From: Polyangiales bacterium
GTDB lineage: Bacteria > Myxococcota_A > Polyangia > Polyangiales > JAWKRM01
Direction: 5' to 3'
Assembly (NCBI GenBank): GCA_041389625.1
Contig: JAWKRM010000003.1
Span: 101,636-165,635, forward strand
DNA length: 64,000 nt
Shown: positions 9,385-17,283 of the stretch, in pieces
Numbering within the stretch: the stretch's first letter is position 1
Layout of the letters: every line of letters starts with the position of its first letter
Notes under the pieces: generated by a model
What the model saw: only the letters and a program-made list of their open reading frames with translations
Database searches by the model: none
What the model was told of the DNA's origin: nothing
Position numbers and translations under genes: made by a program

Positions 9385-10541
9385 GGCTTCCGCGGAAGGG
9401 GTGCCGGCGGCTTGGGGGATGCGCGCTTCCGCTCCTGTTCGTCGCCCTCGGGGCGTGTGGTGGCGGCTCGGGAAAGAAGGGGGGCGACATCGACCCCAAC
9501 GCGCGGATTCAGCAGACGGCCGTCCGCGAGTACATGGCGGGCGCGCGCCTCATGAAGTCATCGAGTGCGGCGTCGTCGAAGCGAGCCGCGGCGAAGTTCG
9601 AGCGGGCGCTCGAGATCGACCCGAACCTTTGGGAGGCGCACTACAACCTCGGTGTGCTTCACCGCCGTGAGGGCGAGCTTCGAGACGCGCTTCAGGACTA
9701 CAAGCGTGCGCTTCGCATCCAGCCGAACGCGCGTGTGGCGGTGCTTGGTCTCGCGGAGGCTCACCGTGCCCTCGACGAAGCGGGCGCCGCGGTGGACGTT
9801 CTCGAGGCGTACGTCCCGAAGCACGCTGACGACGTGGAAGCGCGTCTTGCCCTCGTCATCGTACTCCGCGAGAAGGGCGACTACGACGATGCGCTCGAGG
9901 CCGCGAGGGAGATCCTGGTGCGCGACGCATCGCACATCGCGGCTCTTCTCGAGGTGGGGCGCGTTTACCGCGAGAAGAAGGAATACGACGTCGCGGAGCT
10001 CGTGCTCCACAAGGCACTCGACCTCAAGCCGGGCGCGGCCGAGGTTCGAAACGAGCTTGGCCTGGTCGCCCTCGCAAGGGGCGACACCCAGCTTGCCTTC
10101 GTGGAGTTTGCCGAAGCGATTCGCGTCGATCCGAAATTCACACCGGCGCACGCGAACCAGGGCAGCGTGTTTCTTCTCTCCGGCGACTACGAAAGTGCAG
10201 CGCGGGAGTTCCGGGCGGTGCTCGACGTCAACCCCGATGACGTCGACGCGCGCGTCGCCCTCGGCGCGGCCCTGCGGGGTCAGGGCAACAATGGGGCTGC
10301 AAAGGTGGAGTACGACAAGGTGCTCCGCGCCGCACCGCAGCACCCCGCCGCGCTCTGGAATTTGGCTGTGCTTCTCGCGGAGTTTCTCGACAGGCGCGCG
10401 GAAGCTCGTGGATACTTCGAGCGGTTCATGGAGGTGGCGCCAACCGGCGCTCCCGAACGTGCCCGGGCCGAGCAATACTTGAAGGAGCTGCCGACGCCGA
10501 ACGCAACGCCGGCACGGAAGGGGAAGAAGGGGGGACGATGA
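9381..10541 (+). CDS. TPR-repeat lipoprotein, GltE/NfsE (AglT)-like
   Basis: ATGA overlap with the upstream stop at 9381-9384. The lipobox is FVALGAC. Canonical TPRs are present (WEAHYNLGVLHRREGELRDALQDYKRALRIQPN ..). The part of ORF 9180.. upstream of 9381 lies inside the previous gene. Confidence 0.8.
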   Translation: MRLPRKGCRRLGGCALPLLFVALGACGGGSGKKGGDIDPNARIQQTAVREYMAGARLMKSSSAASSKRAAAKFERALEIDPNLWEAHYNLGVLHRREGELRDALQDYKRALRIQPNARVAVLGLAEAHRALDEAGAAVDVLEAYVPKHADDVEARLALVIVLREKGDYDDALEAAREILVRDASHIAALLEVGRVYREKKEYDVAELVLHKALDLKPGAAEVRNELGLVALARGDTQLAFVEFAEAIRVDPKFTPAHANQGSVFLLSGDYESAAREFRAVLDVNPDDVDARVALGAALRGQGNNGAAKVEYDKVLRAAPQHPAALWNLAVLLAEFLDRRAEARGYFERFMEVAPTGAPERARAEQYLKELPTPNATPARKGKKGGR

Positions 10542-10897
10542 AACGGTTTGGCGTACTGACGCTCTCGATGACGTTCGTGCTCCTCGCATGCTCGGCGGTG
10601 TTCGCGCAGCCGAAGGCGGCCCGCCGCGAAGCCAAGGCGCCGCACACCGCGGGCGCCTCGAACGAAGGCGACGCCAAGAAAGACGCGTCGCGCGGCGAAG
10701 GGCGCGAAGTGGAGGAGGGTGGCGGCAAGAAGGTGAAGGAGTACCGATTCACGGGCCTCGACGTATCCGGTTCGCTCAAGTCGCCACAGTTGCTCTACTT
10801 TTTGAATCGCCTCCGAGCGGAGTTCGATCGCCCGAAACTTGGGCACCGCTCATTCATGCCCGAGCTCGCACGCTCGGCGAAGGAAAAGAGCTTCTAG
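10538..10897 (+). CDS. small exported protein, GltF/NfsF position
   Basis: ATGA overlap at 10538-10541. 119 aa with a signal peptide (..LLACSAVFA/QP), a charged low-complexity middle and a conserved-looking C-terminus. Confidence 0.6.
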   Translation: MKRFGVLTLSMTFVLLACSAVFAQPKAARREAKAPHTAGASNEGDAKKDASRGEGREVEEGGGKKVKEYRFTGLDVSGSLKSPQLLYFLNRLRAEFDRPKLGHRSFMPELARSAKEKSF

Positions 10898-10900
10898 ACC

Positions 10901-12271
10901 ATGGCCAAGGCGCCCGCGGAACAGGCACTGCGCCCGAAACACCTGCGCGTCGCGCTCGTGTGGAACGGCACCATGCAAGCGGAAGATCTACTCGACGCGC
11001 CGCGCGTGGTTCGCGTCGGGTCCACCGCCGACTGCGTCTATCCGCTTCCCGCCGACGTGGCGACCACCGAAACGCTCACCGTGCTTGAACCCACGGAGTC
11101 GAGCTACCGGCTCCGGATCACCCCGGAAATGCGCGGTGATGTCTGGCTTCGCGGGCAGCGTCGCTCGGTCTCGGACCTTCGCGCCGAGGAACCCATCGCC
11201 CTTTCGCCCGACGACTTCGGGGTCGTCTCCGTCGGCGCGGTCTCGCTCTTCTTCCAGCAAGTTCGCGCGAGCGAACGCATGCCGCGACGGTTCTTCAATT
11301 TCGACGCCGCCACGGCGGCCTCCCTCGGGCTTGTCGCGTTCCTGACCGTTGCGTTCCTCCTCGTGCTGTTCCTCATCATCCGGCCCGAGATGCCGGAGCC
11401 CGATCCGTTCGAGCTCTCCACCGACCTTGTGGCGCGGTTCATGGTTACCCCACCGCCCGAGAGCATTCTCGAAACCATGCGCGACAGCGGCACGGAGACG
11501 AAGGACCCGGGCAAACAGGATCGCGATGACGCCGGGGGCAAAGCCGCGGAAAAGGAAGAGGGGCGCGTCGGCAAGCGCGATGCGAAGGTTGAGCAAACCG
11601 AGATCGCGGGCGAACGCAAGGATGTGGTCGCCGCGCGCGTGCGGAACATGGGCCTGCTCGGCGCACTGAGCGGAGGCGGCGAGAGCAACGCCATCGCCGA
11701 GGCACTCGACGTGCCCGACGTGAGCGATGTGCTTGGCGGCCTCGGCAGCGCACAGACGATCCTCGGTCGAGGTGCGGGCGGCGCGGGGCTTCGCGGCGTG
11801 GGCGAGGGCGGCGGCGGCACTGGACCAGGCAGCCTCTTTGGCGCGGGGGGTCTCAACACGGGCGTCGGCGCGGGTTCGGGTCGCGGGCTTGGCAAAGGCA
11901 AGGGCGGTATCGGCGCCGCGGGTCGCGAGCGGAAGGAGCGCGCCATCAGTGTGCAGACGGGCACGCCGAAGGTGAACGGCTACCTCTCGATGGAGCAGAT
12001 CAACCGCGTCGTTCGCGCGAACCAGGGGAACATCAAGTACTGCTACGAGGTCGAGCTCCAGCGGCAGCCCGCGCTCAAGGGGCGTGTTGAGCTCCAGTGG
12101 CGCGTGGACCTCCAGGGCCTCGTCACGAGCCCACGCGTGGCAAGCTCGACGCTCCACAACGCGCGCGTCGAAGGCTGCATGGTGCGCCAGCTTCGCAATT
12201 GGCGCTTCCCGAAACCCGACGGCGGCGAAGTCGTCGTCCTCTATCCGTTCCTCTTCGGGATGGGAAACTGA
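10901..12271 (+). CDS. bitopic inner-membrane protein with an AgmX/PglI-type (TonB-C-like) C-terminal domain, GltG/NfsG-like
   Basis: The cytoplasmic N-domain is followed by one TM segment (LGLVAFLTVAFLLVLFLII) and a Gly-rich periplasmic linker. The C-terminus reads ..INRVVRANQGNIKYCYEVELQRQPALKGRVELQWRV..VEGCMVRQLRNWRFPKPDGGEVVVLYPFLFG. Confidence 0.8.
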   Translation: MAKAPAEQALRPKHLRVALVWNGTMQAEDLLDAPRVVRVGSTADCVYPLPADVATTETLTVLEPTESSYRLRITPEMRGDVWLRGQRRSVSDLRAEEPIALSPDDFGVVSVGAVSLFFQQVRASERMPRRFFNFDAATAASLGLVAFLTVAFLLVLFLIIRPEMPEPDPFELSTDLVARFMVTPPPESILETMRDSGTETKDPGKQDRDDAGGKAAEKEEGRVGKRDAKVEQTEIAGERKDVVAARVRNMGLLGALSGGGESNAIAEALDVPDVSDVLGGLGSAQTILGRGAGGAGLRGVGEGGGGTGPGSLFGAGGLNTGVGAGSGRGLGKGKGGIGAAGRERKERAISVQTGTPKVNGYLSMEQINRVVRANQGNIKYCYEVELQRQPALKGRVELQWRVDLQGLVTSPRVASSTLHNARVEGCMVRQLRNWRFPKPDGGEVVVLYPFLFGMGN

Positions 12272-13074
12272 TGATGCGCGCGGTGCTTCGTCGCATGTGG
12301 TTCGCCGGTGCGGCGCTCGCCGCCTTCGCGGTTGGATGTAACCCGCAGGACTACGTCGGCGATCCGAGCCTCCATAGCTTCGCCCTCGACGAGAATACGG
12401 CGCCGCTGCTCATGGCGGAGGACACCGCGTTCTATTTCATTGAGTCCCGTTTCGAGATCCCGCTCCTTCGGCCCACGGACGCACAGATCCGCGCACTCTA
12501 CGAGACACCGGCGCCGCCGTTCCCGCGCTCGCCGTGGGTGGATCGCGACGACCTGCCGATGGAGGTCGACTGGACGCTCACGAACCTCGCCGACACGCCC
12601 ATCGACGCCACGCTGACCTTGAACGGCATCAACGAGTTCCACGAGTACATGCCTTCCTTCGAGGCCGACGACGATGAAGTCGTTATCGGGTTTTCGCAGT
12701 GGGAGCGCACCTACGCCCTCGAGGCGTTCGAAACGCGTGGGGGCACCATCCGCGAGGAGGAGCTCGACGAAGTGGCTGTCGATCTCGCCACCGTCGTCAA
12801 CGGCGCTCCGAACCCGAACCTCATCGTCTACTTCGAGAACCAGTCCGACCATGACCCGCGCGCGGCGGACTACATCCCCGACGTCATCCCGGGGCTCGTG
12901 GGTTTCCGCATGGGGCTCGAGACGCAAGCTCAAGCCCGCCTGGTCGTGGAGTTCACCGTGCGTGTGCGCGATGCCGGCGAGCGCCTGGTGGACCCCGCGG
13001 ACGACCCGATGGACGTTTGGCGTATGCCTCCCCCGGAGGTGTTCGTCGCGGAGTTGCTCGAGGAGGGACCCTAG
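12271..13074 (+). CDS. lipoprotein, GltH/NfsH position
   Basis: The ATG at 12271 overlaps the upstream TGA (12269-12271). The lipobox is AFAVGC. 267 aa. The part of ORF 12097.. upstream lies inside the previous gene. Confidence 0.7.
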   Translation: MMRAVLRRMWFAGAALAAFAVGCNPQDYVGDPSLHSFALDENTAPLLMAEDTAFYFIESRFEIPLLRPTDAQIRALYETPAPPFPRSPWVDRDDLPMEVDWTLTNLADTPIDATLTLNGINEFHEYMPSFEADDDEVVIGFSQWERTYALEAFETRGGTIREEELDEVAVDLATVVNGAPNPNLIVYFENQSDHDPRAADYIPDVIPGLVGFRMGLETQAQARLVVEFTVRVRDAGERLVDPADDPMDVWRMPPPEVFVAELLEEGP

Positions 13075-13077
13075 GCC

Positions 13078-13812
13078 GTGGCCCCCGAAGCGCTTCAAGA
13101 GCGACGAGCGACGGGTTCCCGTGGGCGGTTCGAGTTCGCGGCGTGTGCGCTCGTCGCATTCGCCCTCGTCTTCGCCCTCGTCGGTCTGCCCCTCCGAGCG
13201 AGGGCCGACGACGCCGACCCGTGGCCACCCGAAGAGCAGCCCGACGTGACGCGTCTCGACGTGGAACGCTTGCCGCCCGAAGCCATTGAGGTGACACGCG
13301 ATCTCTACGCCCATGGCTTCTACGCCGAGGCGTGGCTCGGCGCGCGCGGCTACGTGGGAGGCCTCGGCGACATGTCGAACGTCGGTCCCATGGCGGCCGT
13401 GGGCGTGGGGTACGAGCTCTTCCCGTGGCTCTGGGCAGGGGCGATCTTCGAATGCTCGTTCCACGGCACCGATGCGCCGGCGCCGCCGAGCCCGACCATC
13501 TTTGAGCAGCTCGGGCTACTCGGCACCCTGCGCTTTCAACTCGATTTGTCCGCACGTGCCGCCCTTTGGCTCGGCGGCGAGGTGGGCGCGCACCTGCTCT
13601 TGAACGATGTGCTCGAAACCTACGGCTACAAGGATGCGACAAGCCTCGGGCTCATGTTCGGCGGCAGCCTTGGCGGCGATTGGCACTTCGTGAACCAGCA
13701 CACCAGCATCGGTCTGCTCGGGGGCGCGCGCATGCTGCCTTCCGTCAAGGGCATCGACGACGTGGCGACCATTGCCATCCACGGCGCACTCTACCTGCGC
13801 TACGTGTTCTAG
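13078..13812 (+). CDS. putative outer-membrane beta-barrel protein (ninth gene of the block)
   Basis: GTG start lies 3 nt after the previous stop. A hydrophobic signal segment is followed by a Gly/aromatic-rich alternating pattern. The C-terminus is ..HGALYLRYVF, a terminal Phe OMP signature. Confidence 0.6.
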   Translation: MAPEALQERRATGSRGRFEFAACALVAFALVFALVGLPLRARADDADPWPPEEQPDVTRLDVERLPPEAIEVTRDLYAHGFYAEAWLGARGYVGGLGDMSNVGPMAAVGVGYELFPWLWAGAIFECSFHGTDAPAPPSPTIFEQLGLLGTLRFQLDLSARAALWLGGEVGAHLLLNDVLETYGYKDATSLGLMFGGSLGGDWHFVNQHTSIGLLGGARMLPSVKGIDDVATIAIHGALYLRYVF

Positions 13813-13853
13813 GGCTGCCCCCGGGGTTGCCGAGCGCAACAAACCCGTGTGCG

Positions 13854-14234
13854 TTACGCGACGCGGTCCTGCGCGCCCTCACCGAGGTTTGCGAGGAAGC
13901 GTTCGAGACGCGCGTCCTGAGCCGCGGAAAGCTTTCCGAAGCGGATACCCGCCATGTGACTCCCTTCGCTCTGCTCCGCTGTCCAGACGACGGTGCCCTC
14001 CACGTCGAGCGGCTCCATGTCCGGGTCTTCGATACCATCCTCGGTGAGGAACAGCGTGAGCATCACGTTGCCGCTTTCGGGGAGCGGCTCCTTCGTGAGC
14101 AGGCCCACGCCTCCCTTCGACACGTCGCGCGTCGCCGCGACGAGGATGCGGCCGTGCAGCATCACTTCGCCGGAGACGGCGACTGGAAATCGGGTGTACT
14201 CGCGCTTGGTGGGCTCTCGACGTGTTTGGGTCAT
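13854..14234 (-). CDS. PilZ domain protein (c-di-GMP receptor type)
   Basis: 126 aa. Both halves of the PilZ binding signature are present: RxxxR as REYTR, and D-x-S-x-x-G as DVSKGG. The start overlaps the upstream stop (ATGA at 14231-14234). Confidence 0.85.
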   Translation of the reverse strand: MTQTRREPTKREYTRFPVAVSGEVMLHGRILVAATRDVSKGGVGLLTKEPLPESGNVMLTLFLTEDGIEDPDMEPLDVEGTVVWTAEQSEGSHMAGIRFGKLSAAQDARLERFLANLGEGAQDRVA

Positions 14235-14914
14235 CGACGTTCGATGATGCGCAGGAACGCGCCACCCGTAAAGGCATTCAAGAGTGCGGTGATCTCACGA
14301 ATTCGGAGCGCATGTGTGATGTCGCGGTCGCCCTCGAGGTCGCGTGCGAGCTGGAGGCGCCGTCGCTCAAAATAGAGCCCGACCACCGTTCGAACGAGCT
14401 CCTGGTCCCGGGCGTGGGCGCCGCTCGCCACCCGCCACAGGGCCGACTCCTCCGGCGCGTAGACCAGGCGGTCGAAGGAGAAGGTGGCCCACGCTTGGAG
14501 CGTGAGGTCGTCGTCGGTCGACAGGTTGGTTCGGTCGTCCTCGGCGGTTTGGTAGGCCGAGAGGTCCTGGCCCTGCCCGCGGCGCACGCCCAGACGCACC
14601 ACGGGCACCAGTCCACGTAGTCGAGCCCGCGAACGGAGCGCTTCCACGTCGGCGGGGTGCGATCGTGCGACGCGACGTGCCCACGTGATGACGCGTTCGA
14701 CGCTGGGCTCGTGGGCGTACCGGGCGAGCGCACGGGTCACCGGTTCCCTGGTGGGCCCGGGGAGCAGCTGGGTATCGGGCTCGTCGTCGTCCCATTCGGG
14801 CGCGGGTTCCGGTTCCGCGAATGCGCTCGCGGCGACGAGGAGCACCAAGGTGAATGCCCAGGCCCCGCACCCGTGCGCGCGGTCGATTGCGATGCATGGC
14901 CGGTTGAGCCTCAT
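14231..14914 (-). CDS. exported protein of unknown function
   Basis: An internal ATG at 14914 is preceded by GAGGAGG 8 nt upstream. The signal peptide reads AWAFTLVLLVAASAFA/EP. The rest of ORF 14231..15487 upstream is Arg/Gly-rich shadow sequence. Confidence 0.65.
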   Translation of the reverse strand: MRLNRPCIAIDRAHGCGAWAFTLVLLVAASAFAEPEPAPEWDDDEPDTQLLPGPTREPVTRALARYAHEPSVERVITWARRVARSHPADVEALRSRARLRGLVPVVRLGVRRGQGQDLSAYQTAEDDRTNLSTDDDLTLQAWATFSFDRLVYAPEESALWRVASGAHARDQELVRTVVGLYFERRRLQLARDLEGDRDITHALRIREITALLNAFTGGAFLRIIERR

Positions 14915-15303
14915 GGACCGACCTCCTCGGCTGCCGCGAGTGCCTGCGCCACGGCTTGGCCTTCCCACGCGCAGAGGGGCGAAGGGCCGCATTCCGCCCG
15001 CTCGTCCACGAACCCCCAGGCGGGGTGAGGTGGTGGTTGGAGCAGCACATCGAATGGATCGGGCGCCGCCGGAGCCGCCTCGCGCCACGTGGCCAATGCC
15101 GATACTTCCGCGCGCTCGTTGGTGGTGGTCGCTCCGTGACCGCGTCGCCATGCGGCGTAGACGTTGACCTCCGGCACCCATGTTCGAGGCGCACAGGCGC
15201 CGGCGACGGTCGTAACGCACGTTGCCAGGAACAACGTTGCCAGGAACACGGGGGAAACACGTACGCGAGGGCCGATGCGCCGTCGCTTGGTGGGGTGCCG
15301 CAT
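14911..15303 (-). CDS. small lipoprotein of unknown function
   Basis: 130 aa with lipobox TVAGAC. The stop overlaps the downstream start (ATGA at 14911-14914). Confidence 0.55.
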   Translation of the reverse strand: MRHPTKRRRIGPRVRVSPVFLATLFLATCVTTVAGACAPRTWVPEVNVYAAWRRGHGATTTNERAEVSALATWREAAPAAPDPFDVLLQPPPHPAWGFVDERAECGPSPLCAWEGQAVAQALAAAEEVGP

Positions 15304-15363
15304 GCCCCCTCATCGACGCGGCCCGCGCCGAGTTGCGGACGGGGCGCTCCGTCGTCGGCGCGA

Positions 15364-16299
15364 TCAGTCCGCGATGTGGAGCGGGCCCTGGCGAAGCGGA
15401 ATAAATCGCGCGTCGGTGCGCAGGCCGAGGGCGACAAGGTAGCGAGCACCGGACGGCACCCCCGACACCGACCACGTGCCTTCCCACGCCGCGTTCGTGT
15501 GCTCGTGGACCTGCGGCCTCGCGAGAAGTTCGCCCGCCGGCGGCAGCACCACGGCGCGCACCGCTAGTTTGCCGTCCCGTTCCGTGCGCGCGCGCAGTGG
15601 GTCAAGGGACTCGGGGGAGACCGCCCACTCGACCACCACATGCCCATGCTCGTGGTGCACGCGTAGGCCCGCGGTGCCGTCGGCCTTGCTCGGCACGGGT
15701 TTTCCGGCGGCGACGAGCTCCGCGAGGCGCGTGTCTTCCCGCTCGGCGAGCAAGATCAGGTCGTCCGGGTCCGAATCGAGGAGGTGGTCGTAGATCTTGC
15801 GCGCCCGATCGAAGGCGCCCTGTGACGCGAGGAGGCGCGCCATGGTCACCGTCCGAATCGGTTCGCCCGCGCCGCGCCGCGCGCGAGCCACCTTCGGTGC
15901 CGCGACGGGATCCTCGGGGGTGGTCTCTGGGATGTCGGATGCCACCGGCGCGTCGGACATCGCAGGCGCGTCGTTCGGCGAGGTCGAGGTCGTGTCCGTG
16001 ACCAAGGGCGTCGCCGCGCCTCGGGCTGGTTCCGGCGATGCGATGTTGGTTTCGGGTGCGTCTCGCCGCGGCGTGTGCGACTCGAGCTCCGGCGCGAGGC
16101 GCTTGCCAATCTCTTCGCGCAGGCGCTCCGCCACGAGCTCGACCACGAATCGCGCCGCCTGCACGGACGCCCGGTCGCTTGACGCGGCACGCTGAAGTCG
16201 CTGTCCGACCCTTGACTCGGACAGCCGCTCGAGTCCGAGTTTGCCAAGGCGCCCCACGTTTCGGCGCAGGCCCTTTCTGCTCAGATCCATCGGGTCCAC
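15364..16299 (-). CDS. hypothetical protein (basic N-terminus, Pro/Thr/Asp-rich middle, beta-rich C-terminal domain)
   Basis: 311-aa ORF starting at GTG 16299 or ATG 16290, overlapping the ribF stop by 10-19 nt. The C-terminal part (..LRVHHEHGHVVVEWAVSPESL..YLVALGLRTDARFIPL) looks globular. I recognise no family with confidence. Confidence 0.55.
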   Translation of the reverse strand: MDPMDLSRKGLRRNVGRLGKLGLERLSESRVGQRLQRAASSDRASVQAARFVVELVAERLREEIGKRLAPELESHTPRRDAPETNIASPEPARGAATPLVTDTTSTSPNDAPAMSDAPVASDIPETTPEDPVAAPKVARARRGAGEPIRTVTMARLLASQGAFDRARKIYDHLLDSDPDDLILLAEREDTRLAELVAAGKPVPSKADGTAGLRVHHEHGHVVVEWAVSPESLDPLRARTERDGKLAVRAVVLPPAGELLARPQVHEHTNAAWEGTWSVSGVPSGARYLVALGLRTDARFIPLRQGPLHIAD

Positions 16300-17210
16300 T
16301 CCTTCGGAAGTGCGGCCAGCTGCCCACGCCCCACCTTGGCATCGTGCGCGATGGCGTTCTTGAGCTCGTCGAGGCCACCGAACTTGGCCTCGTCACGAAT
16401 GCGGTCCACCCAGCCAACACGGAGACGCTTGCCGTAGAGATCGGGGCTCACATCAAACAAGTGCACTTCGAGTGCGCGACCGGCGTCCACCGTGGGGCGC
16501 TCACCAAGGCTTGCCACGCCATGCCAGAGCTTCGGCCCGACGTCGTCCACGGCCCGGGCGATCACCGCATAGATGCCGTCCGAGGGCAGCAGCGTGCCGT
16601 CGCTGCGCACGTTGGCCGTGGGAAACCCGAGTGTTCGACCGAGGGCCTGTCCGTGTTCCACGACGCCTTCGGTCTCGTGCACGCGACCGAGCATTTGGGC
16701 CGCACCGCGGACGTCCCCCGCGCGAAGTCGGCGACGGATTTCGGAGGATGAGACGCGAACGCCGTCAAGCAGCACCGGTTCCGCCGTCGCGACTTCAAAG
16801 CCAAGCGCTCGCAGCGTGTCGACGGACCCTGCGCGGCCCTTTCCAAATCGAAAGTCTGGGCCCACCACCACCGCACGGGCGTTGTGCGCGCCGCGAAGTA
16901 CGTCCAGGGCGAAGGCTTCGGGCGATAGCTGCGAGAAGGAGAGGTCGAAGCGCTGTGCCTCGGCGCGATCGGCACCCATGGCGCTCAGGAGCTCCGCGCG
17001 CCGTCCGGGCAGGGTGAGCATCGCGGGCGCTCGCTCGGGGGCGAGGACCGTCGCGGGGTGCGGGTCGAAGAACATGGCCTCGGTGCACCACCCGTTCGGT
17101 TCGGCGAGTGCCCGCGCCCGTGCGAGCAATTGCTGGTGCCCAATGTGCACGCCGTCGTGGTTCCCGGGGACCACGACGGTGGGGGCTCCTGCGGCGCATT
17201 TTGTGGGCAT
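16281..17210 (-). CDS. ribF: bifunctional riboflavin kinase / FMN adenylyltransferase
   Basis: An internal ATG at 17210 gives MPTKCAAGAPTVVVPGNHDGVHIGHQQLL (the GNxDGVHxGH motif). The C-terminal kinase half contains GFPTAN..DGIY and E.HLFD..DLYG. The upstream 138 codons of ORF 16281..17624 are shadow sequence. Confidence 0.9.
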   Translation of the reverse strand: MPTKCAAGAPTVVVPGNHDGVHIGHQQLLARARALAEPNGWCTEAMFFDPHPATVLAPERAPAMLTLPGRRAELLSAMGADRAEAQRFDLSFSQLSPEAFALDVLRGAHNARAVVVGPDFRFGKGRAGSVDTLRALGFEVATAEPVLLDGVRVSSSEIRRRLRAGDVRGAAQMLGRVHETEGVVEHGQALGRTLGFPTANVRSDGTLLPSDGIYAVIARAVDDVGPKLWHGVASLGERPTVDAGRALEVHLFDVSPDLYGKRLRVGWVDRIRDEAKFGGLDELKNAIAHDAKVGRGQLAALPKEWTRWI

Positions 17211-17283
17211 GGGCGCGGGGATTATGATGGCGGAGCGAAGCCGGTCAACGCCGCGGCGAGGCCCCGCATTGCCATCGATCCCC

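Noticed and set aside
13813-13853. GGCTGCCCCCGGGGTTGCC as a bidirectional terminator between convergent genes.
   Set aside because: The stem has a T-T mismatch and a G-T pair, a 3-nt loop and no U-tract. The evidence is too weak to annotate.
14915-15487. N-terminal 191 codons of ORF 14231..15487, which also overlap ORF 14367..15449.
   Set aside because: This part is Arg/Gly/Pro-rich and overlaps the better-supported lipoprotein ORF 14911..15303. A strong GAGGAGG-ATG and a signal peptide begin at 14914.
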